Positions 28,171-37,158 of a stretch of DNA of 64,000 nucleotides are shown here, piece after piece (position 1 is the stretch's first letter; the number at the start of each line of letters is the position of its first letter). The position numbers and the translations under genes are program-made. The stretch is taken from NCBI GenBank assembly GCA_016217925.1, contig JACRFK010000010.1, positions 4,784 to 68,783 of the forward strand, written 5' to 3'. This stretch comes from Candidatus Kaiserbacteria bacterium (GTDB lineage Bacteria > Patescibacteriota > Minisyncoccia > Phycocordibacterales > UBA2100). The notes under the pieces are model-generated. The model made no database searches and was not told the origin of the DNA. It saw nothing but the letters and a program-made list of their open reading frames with translations.

Positions 28171-29223
28171 ATGCTTATGAAGAGAGTTGCTGTCGTCGGT
28201 GGAGGAATATTTGGCGCTACCGCCGCCATCTATGCTGCACGCGCGGGGCACGAGGTGCATTTGTTCGAAAAAGAATCGGATGTCCTGCAGGCCGCCTCCG
28301 GCATCAATCAGTACCGGCTCCACCGTGGGTACCACTACCCGCGCTCGTCAGATACGGCGCGTTCGGCGAAGGAGGCAGACGTCTCGTTCCGCGATGAGTA
28401 TCGCGAGGCTGTAATCGAGAACGGCCGGCACATCTATGCTATCGCCAAAGAGGGAAGCTTGGTTGCTCCGGAAGCATTTCTCGCGTTTTGCCGTGAGCAG
28501 GGACTAGAGGTCAAGGAAATCCCGGCCGAGCCGCATCTCGTTCCCAATTTGGTCGCTCTCGTCGTTGAAGGAGAGGAATCGTGGATGGATCCGGCAGCTC
28601 TGCGGCGTGTCGTTCTCAAGAAACTCAAAGAGTCAGGCGTTGAGCTCCACCTCAACACCCGCGCCACTCCGGAGATGCTCGAATCATTCGATACGGTAGT
28701 ACTCGCGACATACGCGCGGCTCAATGAGCTCGTGCCGCCGGAAGTTGATGTGACCCAGGAATACCAGTACGAGGTGTGTGAAAAGCCGGTCGTTCGTTTG
28801 TCCGGCTTGGAGAACATTGGCATCGTGGTCCTTGACGGACCGTTCATGTGCGCCGACCCGTGGGGGGACAGCGGGCTGCACGTGCTCGGCAACGTGGTAC
28901 ACGCGATACACGCGACCAACATCGGTCGAACCCCCATTATTCCCGAAAACCTTGCACCGCTCCTCGACCGCGGCCTCATCAAGAATCCGCCCATTACGAA
29001 GATACAAGACTTCATCGCAAGCGGCTCGCAGTACATACCCGCTCTTGGTACGGCAGAACACGTTGGCTCTCTTTTCACCATACGCACGGTCTTACCGCGG
29101 CTCGAAAAGACCGATGCGCGACCGACCATCGTGACCAAACTTTCCGACCGCTACATCAGAATATTCTCGGGGAAAATTGGGAATTGTGTGGAGGCGGCAA
29201 AAGAGGTCGTGGCACTTCTCTAG
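28171..29223 (+). CDS. FAD/NAD(P)-binding oxidoreductase
   Basis: 350 aa. N-terminal dinucleotide-binding VAVVGGGIFGATAAIYAA...VHLFE. Confidence 0.65.
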   Translation: MLMKRVAVVGGGIFGATAAIYAARAGHEVHLFEKESDVLQAASGINQYRLHRGYHYPRSSDTARSAKEADVSFRDEYREAVIENGRHIYAIAKEGSLVAPEAFLAFCREQGLEVKEIPAEPHLVPNLVALVVEGEESWMDPAALRRVVLKKLKESGVELHLNTRATPEMLESFDTVVLATYARLNELVPPEVDVTQEYQYEVCEKPVVRLSGLENIGIVVLDGPFMCADPWGDSGLHVLGNVVHAIHATNIGRTPIIPENLAPLLDRGLIKNPPITKIQDFIASGSQYIPALGTAEHVGSLFTIRTVLPRLEKTDARPTIVTKLSDRYIRIFSGKIGNCVEAAKEVVALL

Positions 29224-30110
29224 GCTCGCCCCGCCGTCGGCGGGGCGAGCATCTCATGGATTTTCAGCACGTGTGCGCCGAAATCTCCGGCCGTGCGCGG
29301 TATCGCTCCTCCGCCTGCGGCCCCGATAAACACTCGTACTTCTTGCGTGAGCGATGTCTCGGTGCTTTCAAAAATAACCTCTTCACCCTTGTATAATTTC
29401 GTGTCGTCCCACCGCAGCTTCGTGCCATCGATGAGTGTTGCCTCAATCGTATGGGCCTTCTCTTCCGAGAGCCTATCTATCTTCGAAATGAATTCGCACT
29501 GTTTGTAGGCGAACTTCGTCTCGATGCGATCGCATACGGTTTCTCCCGCCTCGCGCAAAGTGACCGATGCGGACTCCGGCATGCCATACAGGTCGTATGC
29601 AATTGAGAGGTGATGAGTGAGAAGAGCATTTTCGATGATGTCGAAGAACGTCCCATGCTTTTTCCACGTGCATTCTATGCGCGTAGCACCCTTTTCTTGT
29701 ATGAGGCGTTTGAGTTCCTGATAGACGGGGTGGTAGAGGAGCGTGTAGCCCGTCATAAGTATGCGGCCCTTTTCTTGCGCGAGCGCAGCGAGCGCGTATG
29801 CCTCCGCAGAGGTTTCTGTCAGCGGCTTTTCCACGAAGACGTGCTTTCCGGCTTCAAGAAAACGCCGGGCTATTTTTTCATGCGTTGCGACCGGGGTGGC
29901 GATGGCTACCGCGTCGACCACGGCATCGGCACTTATTTCCTCCACGCTCGCACGACGGGTTTGGGGCAGGGCTGTCGCAGCCCACGCGTCGTTCTTGTCG
30001 CTTTCTGAGGCAAAATACGCGAGCTCGCTTACATCTGCGAGTTCGCGGGCGACATTCTTACCCCATCTGCCGACCCCGATAATAGCGGTTTTCAGGCGCT
30101 TTTGTTCCAT
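29220..30110 (-). CDS. Gfo/Idh/MocA-family NAD(P)-dependent oxidoreductase (sugar dehydrogenase-like)
   Basis: 296 aa. AIIGVGRWGKN and EKPL motifs. Convergent with, and overlapping, the previous gene by 4 nt. Confidence 0.8.
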   Translation of the reverse strand: MEQKRLKTAIIGVGRWGKNVARELADVSELAYFASESDKNDAWAATALPQTRRASVEEISADAVVDAVAIATPVATHEKIARRFLEAGKHVFVEKPLTETSAEAYALAALAQEKGRILMTGYTLLYHPVYQELKRLIQEKGATRIECTWKKHGTFFDIIENALLTHHLSIAYDLYGMPESASVTLREAGETVCDRIETKFAYKQCEFISKIDRLSEEKAHTIEATLIDGTKLRWDDTKLYKGEEVIFESTETSLTQEVRVFIGAAGGGAIPRTAGDFGAHVLKIHEMLAPPTAGRA

Positions 30111-30135
30111 TGCACTCTACGGTAGCATAGAACCA

Positions 30136-31251
30136 ATGCGCGTGCTTCTTACCACGGGTATCTTTTTCCCCGACGTCGGGGGTCCCGCCACACACGTGCG
30201 CAAGATAGCTGAACATTTTGCGGGCCTCGGATGGCAGGTCACAGTGGTCGCTTTTGGCAATCACACAGGCAGTTCGCAAAAATACCGGGTGGTACGGGTG
30301 AGCCGGAAGTGGGGCAAGCTCGCCTCGTGGCTGCTCTACGCCTTGGCCATTGCGCGTGAATCGTTCAAGCACGATGTGCTCTATGCATTTGACCTCACGA
30401 CCGCCGGCATTCCAAGCGCACTCTTCGCAAAACTCCTCCGCAAGCCATTCATCCTCCGTATCGGCGGCGACCCTATCTGGGAGCGCATCGTGGAAAAAGG
30501 CGAGAGGTCCTTGCCGATGCGCGCATACTACGAGCAAGGGCTTTTCAAGAAAGATAAGCCGACACTGTATCGCATCATTCGCCGCGTGGTGCGCACTGCA
30601 GACACCGTTGTAACGTACTGCGACTTTCTCAAAGATATTTACGTGAGGCACTACGGCGTGAGCGAAAAAAGAGTCGTGCAGATCAAAAACCCATTCCCGA
30701 CAAAGACCTCCGCGACACTCGAAAAAGACACGTTCACATTCCTTTTTGCGGGGAGGTTCGTGTCGTATAAGAATCTGCCGCGCGTTCTCAAAGTGTTCAG
30801 GACCATTTCTGCAAAGCACGACAATGCCCGACTCGTCCTTATTGGCGACGGTCCCGATGAAGCGGCACTAAAAGCGAGGGCGGCTGCGCTTGGCAGCAAA
30901 GTGGAGATAATTCCGAAGGTAGATCAGAAGGCGCTCTTCGCCCGCATCAACGCGTCGTCCGTCGCGCTCGCTCCCGCGCTCACCGAATTCAATCCGAATT
31001 TCATTCTCGAAAGCTTGGCGCTTGGCAAACCTGCGCTCATCAGCCGCGACAACGGTCTCTCCGCACAGTTGCCCGACTACATGCAATTCGATCCGATGGA
31101 CGATGCATCACTCGAAACGGCGATGGAGCGCATGCTCGACGCAGGGAACTACCGTGAAGCCATTCGCGTCGTCGCCGGACTTCCGATGGACCAGACGTGG
31201 GGGAAAGTCGTCGCGGAACACGCAGTCATTGTGCAAGCAGCTGCCGGGTGA
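30136..31251 (+). CDS. glycosyltransferase, GT4 family
   Basis: Internal ATG (aa 126) of track ORF 29761, whose 5' part is antisense to the previous gene. MRVLLTTGIFFPDVGGPATHV... is a typical GT4 start. C-terminal E-x7-E region (FNPNFILESLALGKPALISRDNG). Confidence 0.8.
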   Translation: MRVLLTTGIFFPDVGGPATHVRKIAEHFAGLGWQVTVVAFGNHTGSSQKYRVVRVSRKWGKLASWLLYALAIARESFKHDVLYAFDLTTAGIPSALFAKLLRKPFILRIGGDPIWERIVEKGERSLPMRAYYEQGLFKKDKPTLYRIIRRVVRTADTVVTYCDFLKDIYVRHYGVSEKRVVQIKNPFPTKTSATLEKDTFTFLFAGRFVSYKNLPRVLKVFRTISAKHDNARLVLIGDGPDEAALKARAAALGSKVEIIPKVDQKALFARINASSVALAPALTEFNPNFILESLALGKPALISRDNGLSAQLPDYMQFDPMDDASLETAMERMLDAGNYREAIRVVAGLPMDQTWGKVVAEHAVIVQAAAG

Positions 31252-31295
31252 AGTGATTTGATAGGCACCCAAAAAACGGCTAGAATGCGTCGATG

Positions 31296-31419
31296 CGTCC
31301 CGTTAGAAGTCACGGAAGTTCTTCTAGTGGTAAGCAGGTGGTAGCTTTACATATGGTCGATATCTTAGGAACGATAATTTTTGAGTCGGAAGCGCAGGCT
31401 TCCTACTTCTAACGGGATG
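31296..31419 (+). promoter_or_regulatory. inverted-repeat leader element whose 3' arm overlaps the start codon (shared 13-mer TTCTAACGGGATG)
   Basis: GCGTCCCGTTAGAAGT (31296-31310) pairs with ACTTCTAACGGGATGCGC (31405-31422). The internal hairpin GGAAGC-gcag-GCTTCC is at ~31389-31404. The same 13-mer precedes the gene at 55522. Confidence 0.35.
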
Positions 31420-33357
31420 CGCGTACTGGTACTCTCCACCGATTGGAACGCTTTTAATGAATCGAGCGCTGTTACCAAGCGCCTGCAGATGCAGGCGCGC
31501 ACGGTGGAGCGCATGGACGTCCTGGTGCCCCACGGGCCCCTACAGCTCGTCCAGATATCAGGAAACGCCTCGGTGCGGGGATTTGGCTTGGGACGCGTTT
31601 TGGGCTCTCTGCGCACTATTGCGGCCGGATGGCGACTCCAACGGCCGGATGTCGTCTCTGCGCAAGACCCGTTCTTGACCGGCTTCGTCGCATGGATAAT
31701 CGCGTGGATGCGGGGAAGCAAACTCCACCTGCAAGTACATACCGACCTTTTCGACCCGTACTTCGGCGGCCTCTCGCTCGGCAATCGCCTGAAAGTGTTG
31801 CTTGCGCGATTTCTTCTCACACGGGCGGATTCCGTGCGTGTTGTTTCCAAACGCATCGCAGATTCACTTGCTGCACGCGGTATCAAAGCGCCCGTTACCG
31901 TACTGCCTGTATTTGTCGACCTTGAGAATCTCAAAAAAACGGAACCGCTCGATAAGCGTGAGCGGTACCCGAATTTCAAGAAAATCGTTCTTGTTGTCGC
32001 ACGGTTGGAAAAAGAAAAGAATGTCGCGGCATCTGTCCGTGCATTTGCAGAAATTGCAAAAGCGGATACGAGCGCGGGGCTCGTCGTCATCGGGAGCGGT
32101 TCACAGCGTGTGCCACTCGAAACGCTCGCGCGCGAGCTCGGTATCACGGACAAAGTGGTGTTTGAAGGCGCGCAAGACCCGTTCCCGTTTTACAAATCCG
32201 CAGACCTCGTCCTCGTTACGTCGGAATACGAAGGATTCGGCATGGTCATCGTAGAAGCGCTTGCGGCCGGGTGTCCGGTCGTTTCCTACGATATAGGTCT
32301 TGCGCGTGAGGCGGGCGCTGTTATTGCGAAGGTCGGAGATTTGCCTCGTGTCGCCACCGCCGTTTTATCCGAAAGGAAGCGTGGCAAACTCACGCTCAGT
32401 TTTCCCAATGAAGCCGAATACCGCGAACTGTGGTTCGCCGATATCTCTCTTTCGGTCTCAGGCGTCGAAGCTCGCGCGGGAGAGAAGAAAAGCACCGGTG
32501 AGCAACCCACCGTGGGCTATGTGGGGCAGGGATTCATCGGCAAGAATTATGCCGATGAGCTCGAAAGCCGCGGCTTTAAAGTAGTCCGGTATTCGCTCGA
32601 AGAGCCGTATCGCAACAATAAAGACAAAATAAAAGATTGCGATATCGTTTTTATCGCGGTACCGACGCCGACTACACCCGACGGGTTTAGCGACACCATC
32701 GTGCGGCAGACGGTCGGGCTCGTGGGCGAGGGCAAAGTCGCGGTCATTAAATCCACCATGCTCCCCGGCATGACTGAAAAGATACAAAAAGAATTCCCGA
32801 AACAGGTCGTGATGCACTCACCCGAATTCTTGCGCGAGGCGACCGCCGCATACGACGCCGCGCATCCGGACCGCAACATCGTGGGTATTTGTACGGATAC
32901 ACCCGAAGTACGCGCGCTCGGGCAAAAGGTCATTTCTATTCTTCCGCCTGCACCATTTGAGCTCGTGTGCTCCTCAGTGGAGGCGGAATTCATCAAGTAT
33001 GCGGGCAATAACTGGCTCTATATCAAGGTCGTGTACGTCAACATCCTCTACGATCTTGTGCAGAAGCTCGGCGGCAATTACGAGCACGTGCGCGACGCCT
33101 TCGCGGCCGACCCTAGAATGGGCCGCTCGCACCTTGACCCGATACACGCGAGCGGACATGGCGGACCTCCCGGCCGCGGTGCAGGCGGGCATTGCTTCAT
33201 CAAAGATTTCGCTGCGTTCCGCTCGATGTATGAACAAGTGTTTCCGGAAGATAAAGCGGGCATTGAGGCACTGAAGGGAATGGAGGAGAAAAATGTGAAG
33301 CTTCTGCGTGATGCGCACAAAGACCTCGATTTGCTCGATGGCGTCTATGGGAAGTAA
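31417..33357 (+). CDS. fusion protein: GT4 glycosyltransferase (N) + truncated UDP-glucose/GDP-mannose 6-dehydrogenase-like domain (C)
   Basis: N-terminal GT-B carries the E-x7-E motif (YEGFGMVIVEALAAGCPVVS). The C-terminal ~290 aa has the nucleotide-sugar-dehydrogenase Rossmann GYVGQGFIGKNYA, VPTPTTPDG (cf. VGTPT) and catalytic-Cys motif GGHCFIKD (cf. GGSCFPKD). It lacks the C-terminal UDP-binding domain. Confidence 0.7.
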   Translation: MRVLVLSTDWNAFNESSAVTKRLQMQARTVERMDVLVPHGPLQLVQISGNASVRGFGLGRVLGSLRTIAAGWRLQRPDVVSAQDPFLTGFVAWIIAWMRGSKLHLQVHTDLFDPYFGGLSLGNRLKVLLARFLLTRADSVRVVSKRIADSLAARGIKAPVTVLPVFVDLENLKKTEPLDKRERYPNFKKIVLVVARLEKEKNVAASVRAFAEIAKADTSAGLVVIGSGSQRVPLETLARELGITDKVVFEGAQDPFPFYKSADLVLVTSEYEGFGMVIVEALAAGCPVVSYDIGLAREAGAVIAKVGDLPRVATAVLSERKRGKLTLSFPNEAEYRELWFADISLSVSGVEARAGEKKSTGEQPTVGYVGQGFIGKNYADELESRGFKVVRYSLEEPYRNNKDKIKDCDIVFIAVPTPTTPDGFSDTIVRQTVGLVGEGKVAVIKSTMLPGMTEKIQKEFPKQVVMHSPEFLREATAAYDAAHPDRNIVGICTDTPEVRALGQKVISILPPAPFELVCSSVEAEFIKYAGNNWLYIKVVYVNILYDLVQKLGGNYEHVRDAFAADPRMGRSHLDPIHASGHGGPPGRGAGGHCFIKDFAAFRSMYEQVFPEDKAGIEALKGMEEKNVKLLRDAHKDLDLLDGVYGK

Positions 33358-34399
33358 ACCGCAACGACTTCTCGTCGTCACACAGGTTGTCGATAGTACG
33401 GACCCGTTCCTCGGATTTTTTCACGGGTGGCTGGAAGAGCTTGCGAAGCATTTCGAGCACATCCATGTGATATGCCTCAAAGAGGGTGAACACAAACTTC
33501 CGGCGAATGTGCATGTTCATTCGCTGGGGAAGGAAAAAGGAGAGTCGCGCGGGAAATATGTTTTTCGATTTCTCGGATACGTCTGGAAATTGCGCGGCGA
33601 GTACGACACGGTCTTCGTGCACATGAATCAGGAATATATTTTGCTCGCCGGATGGCTCTGGAAGCTTTTGGGCAAGCGGATGTATATGTGGCGCAATCAC
33701 TACGCCGGCGGGTTTCTGACGGATATGGCCGCGATGTTCGCTGTGAAAGTATTTTGTACCTCGGCACATTCCTACACGGCAAAATACAAAAAGACAGTCA
33801 TCATGCCGGTCGGAGTGGACACTCAGTTATTTGCGCCGGGCGCTGGGTTCCGCATGCCACGCTCCATTTTATTCTTGAGCCGCTTCGCGCCCGCAAAAAA
33901 GCCGGATGTGCTGCTGGAAGCACTCGGAATACTTTCGAAAGAAGGCGTCCAATTCACGACGTCTTTTTATGGGACGGCTCTCCCGCAAGATACCGCGTAT
34001 CGTGAGAAGGTCATCAAGCGTGCACAGACACTCGGTCTCGGGAACTTCGTGAATTTTTACGAAGGTGTACCGCACACCCAAGCACCGGACATATTCAACA
34101 AGCACGAAATATTCGTAAATCTGTCTTCGAGCGGCACGTACGACAAGACGATGTTCGAGGCTGCCGCGTCCGGCTGCGTCGTCATCGCGGCAAGCAAAGA
34201 TTTTGCGACAGTTGCAGGTGAGCAGTCCCTTGTCGCTGAAGATGTAAAAGCGGTGGCGGATAAGTTGCGTGAGTTCCTTGCGCTCGCGGACGGTGCGCGT
34301 GCCACTCTTGCGGCGCAATTACGGGAGAAAGTACTTGCGGGACAGAGTCTGCCGTTTCTTGCGCAACGCGTAATAACCGAGATGTCAGAAAAAAAATGA
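33338..34399 (+). CDS. glycosyltransferase (GT-B, GT4-like)
   Basis: About 353 aa. The start is chosen at an internal ATG overlapping the upstream stop. Two-domain GT-B pattern, with the C-terminal FEAAASGCVVIAAS region. Confidence 0.6.
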   Translation: MASMGSKPQRLLVVTQVVDSTDPFLGFFHGWLEELAKHFEHIHVICLKEGEHKLPANVHVHSLGKEKGESRGKYVFRFLGYVWKLRGEYDTVFVHMNQEYILLAGWLWKLLGKRMYMWRNHYAGGFLTDMAAMFAVKVFCTSAHSYTAKYKKTVIMPVGVDTQLFAPGAGFRMPRSILFLSRFAPAKKPDVLLEALGILSKEGVQFTTSFYGTALPQDTAYREKVIKRAQTLGLGNFVNFYEGVPHTQAPDIFNKHEIFVNLSSSGTYDKTMFEAAASGCVVIAASKDFATVAGEQSLVAEDVKAVADKLREFLALADGARATLAAQLREKVLAGQSLPFLAQRVITEMSEKK

Positions 34400-37155
34400 T
34401 TACTATGCGATTCTGCTATTTCGGCATTTACGACCCTGAATTTTCGCGCAACAGGATTTATATGCGCGCTCTTCGCGATGCAGGGCACGAAATCATCGAA
34501 TGTAGGGACAACAGTCGAGGGTTGCTTAAGTACATCCGGCTGGTGCAGCGTCTCCGTGCCCTGAAAGGTTCGTACGACGTCATACTAGTCGGGTACCCCG
34601 GGCACATTGTAGTGCCTCTTGCGCGGCTCTTTGGCGCTGCTCCGGTTGTGTCCGATCTGCTAGGCTCTCTTTCGGACGCTGCGGAGCATACGTACGATGC
34701 CGGATTTTTTGTTCGGACGTGGTACTCATGGGTGGATCGACTTGCAGTTGCGTTCTCAGATGCCATCCTCGTCGACAGTGAACTTCAGAAGGAATATATG
34801 CAGCGTCGATATGGTAGTGGGAAGAAATATCGAGTTGTGTACACAGGGGCGGATGAAGAGGTATTCGGACCGCGTGGGGAGCGAGGTGTCACGCGCACTG
34901 AGCCATTTGTTGTGTTGTTCCGGGGCAGGCTTATTCCCCAAGCGGGCATCATGCACATACTGGACGCCGCAGAAGGTTTACAAAACGACAAACGTTTCGC
35001 ATTTCGGATCATTGGATACGGTCCATTGCTTGAGGCTGTACGTGAGCGGGCCGGCGGATTATCGAATGTAGAGCTTATCGCAGAGCACATTTCTTTTGAT
35101 GAGATGCGCCGTCTGATGCTTGATGCCGACGTGAGCCTCGGCCAATTTGGGGACAACGAGCGATCGGACCGCAACATACCGCACAAAGCATATGAGTCGA
35201 TCTCTATGGGTATTCCCTACCTTACAGCACGAGTGCCTGGGATATCCGAACTTCTTGAGGATGAGGTCTCGTGTCTTATGGTGCCGTTGGAGAACTCGGA
35301 AGCGATTAAAGCCGCTCTTGAGCGGCTTAGAGACGACCGCCCACTTGGAAAGCAGCTTGCAGAGATGGCGCGGGCGGTATACGAAGCGCATGCGTCGGCT
35401 CGTGTTATTGCTTCAGCGATTACGGCTGTCTCCGTCTCATGCGTCGAAGCAAAGAAAAAGCTGGCCAAACGAAGCTTAGAGTGGATCGGGAAGCGTGAGA
35501 TGGTGGTCGTACTTGTCCTGCTCGCGGCATTCGTAGCGATACGCCTCCCCGGGCTCTCTCTTCCATATCATCAGGACGAGGCAAAGATTGGAGAGATTGT
35601 GCGCTCGCATATGGTAGGCGCGCTTTCCGGGCACCCACCGCTAACAGAACTCTTGTACCTCTCTGCCGGCGATATAGTCGGCTCAGACCATTTGCGTCTC
35701 ATACCGCTTATATTTGGCGTTCTATCGGCCATTCTCTTGTATGCGATAGTCCGACGGAGGGCGGGATTGCATGCGGCCTACGCCTCTCTCGCGCTCTATA
35801 TCATCTGCATGTACGGTGTATTTGCCTCGCTGATGGTAGATACGGATGGGGCCGTGCTCCCGACACTTTTTCTCGCGGCAGTGTACGCATATGACCGTTT
35901 TCGTGATGCGGCATCCGCTCGTGTTTCGTATGTATGGCTGTCTGTTCTTGCGCTCGCGCTCATCGCCGGGTTTCTAACCAAGCTCAGTTTCGTGCTCGTC
36001 TTGGGAGCGCTCGCGCTCGATTACCTCTTCGAAGTGCGTCACAGGCTTACACGCAGGCTTCTCATCCGTGCAGTTTTCGCCGCTTTGGTTTGTGGGGTTG
36101 CGGCAGCTGTTGCACTCGCGAGCGCACACTTTTTTCTCCCTTCTTTTGACGTGAGCCAGACTATTCTGCACGCGCTCTCCTATGTGCGATTTGAAGGGCG
36201 CGGATATTTACAGATCCTGATACAAGCGGTGAAGGCGGTCTTCTACCTTTCTCCGCTCCTTCTCCTACCACTGGTGTTTCTCACGAAAGATACCTTCACA
36301 AAGAACAGGATATTTTTCGTCTACCTCGGCTTGGGCGCGTTCTTTTACTTTGTCCTATTTGATTTCTCTCAGGGAGCGCTCGATAAGTATTTGATGTATA
36401 CCATCGTGCCGCTCGCAGCTATCATGGGTACCATCTTCACCGATGCAATGCGCGGACTTACGGTGCGAGCTCTCGCGGCAGGATCTATTCTCGGAGCAAT
36501 GTGTGCGACATTGCTCGTCGCCCTCAACTTCCTCTCACCGAGTGTCATGCCGCTCTATCCGAAAACGGAATGGCTCTCTGCGATCGCAGCCGGGAATTGG
36601 AATATTCTCATGCCGTTCACGGGGGGCGACGGACCGATAGGATTTTATGTCTCGTTCCTCGTCATCGCCGCTGGATTCGGCATCTCCGCCGCTCTTGCTG
36701 CTCTCGCGCTTTTCGTACCGAAAGCGCGCGGTGCGCTTCTCGTCGCTCTTATTGTGGTCGGTGTAGCGTTCAACGGTATTTTCATCGAAGAGTATATTTG
36801 GGGCCGCATTAACGGCAGCGCACCCTCGGCCCTTCGGGCGAGTCTCGCGTACATTGCTAGTTCAGACGATGTGAAAAGTATTATTTCCCACGGGGAGATC
36901 GGAGCGTACGAGCTCAGAGGAATGGGCAAATTCAGCGGCAGATTTTATGCGGTCCCCGGTTACGAGGAAGGACACAAGGCGTTATTCTCGAAGTTTACCG
37001 GCGCATATCTGGTCGTGGGTGTGCCCCGCTTCAATGATGCAAGTTTTTACAGTAAGTTTTTCAGTACATGCACACCAATCTTCACGACTTCGTCCGGAGT
37101 CATCAACGCCTACGTATATGGCTGTGCAGGAAGCGATCCATACGCTATAAAGTAA
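34396..37155 (+). CDS. fusion protein: GT-B glycosyltransferase (N, ~370 aa) + ArnT/PMT-like GT-C polytopic membrane glycosyltransferase (C, ~550 aa)
   Basis: N-terminal GT-B carries E-x7-E (HKAYESISMGIPYLTARVPGISELLEDE). The C-terminal domain has about 12 TM segments. Its first extracytoplasmic loop carries the PMT_2/ArnT signature LPYHQDEAKIGEIVRSHM (cf. ArnT LPDETRYAEISREM). Confidence 0.7.
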   Translation: MITMRFCYFGIYDPEFSRNRIYMRALRDAGHEIIECRDNSRGLLKYIRLVQRLRALKGSYDVILVGYPGHIVVPLARLFGAAPVVSDLLGSLSDAAEHTYDAGFFVRTWYSWVDRLAVAFSDAILVDSELQKEYMQRRYGSGKKYRVVYTGADEEVFGPRGERGVTRTEPFVVLFRGRLIPQAGIMHILDAAEGLQNDKRFAFRIIGYGPLLEAVRERAGGLSNVELIAEHISFDEMRRLMLDADVSLGQFGDNERSDRNIPHKAYESISMGIPYLTARVPGISELLEDEVSCLMVPLENSEAIKAALERLRDDRPLGKQLAEMARAVYEAHASARVIASAITAVSVSCVEAKKKLAKRSLEWIGKREMVVVLVLLAAFVAIRLPGLSLPYHQDEAKIGEIVRSHMVGALSGHPPLTELLYLSAGDIVGSDHLRLIPLIFGVLSAILLYAIVRRRAGLHAAYASLALYIICMYGVFASLMVDTDGAVLPTLFLAAVYAYDRFRDAASARVSYVWLSVLALALIAGFLTKLSFVLVLGALALDYLFEVRHRLTRRLLIRAVFAALVCGVAAAVALASAHFFLPSFDVSQTILHALSYVRFEGRGYLQILIQAVKAVFYLSPLLLLPLVFLTKDTFTKNRIFFVYLGLGAFFYFVLFDFSQGALDKYLMYTIVPLAAIMGTIFTDAMRGLTVRALAAGSILGAMCATLLVALNFLSPSVMPLYPKTEWLSAIAAGNWNILMPFTGGDGPIGFYVSFLVIAAGFGISAALAALALFVPKARGALLVALIVVGVAFNGIFIEEYIWGRINGSAPSALRASLAYIASSDDVKSIISHGEIGAYELRGMGKFSGRFYAVPGYEEGHKALFSKFTGAYLVVGVPRFNDASFYSKFFSTCTPIFTTSSGVINAYVYGCAGSDPYAIK

Positions 37156-37158
37156 CCT

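Noticed and set aside
29761-30135. 5' extension of the GT4 ORF (track 29761-31251).
   Set aside because: It is antisense to the Gfo/Idh/MocA gene. GT4 homology begins at MRVLLTTGIFFP (30136).
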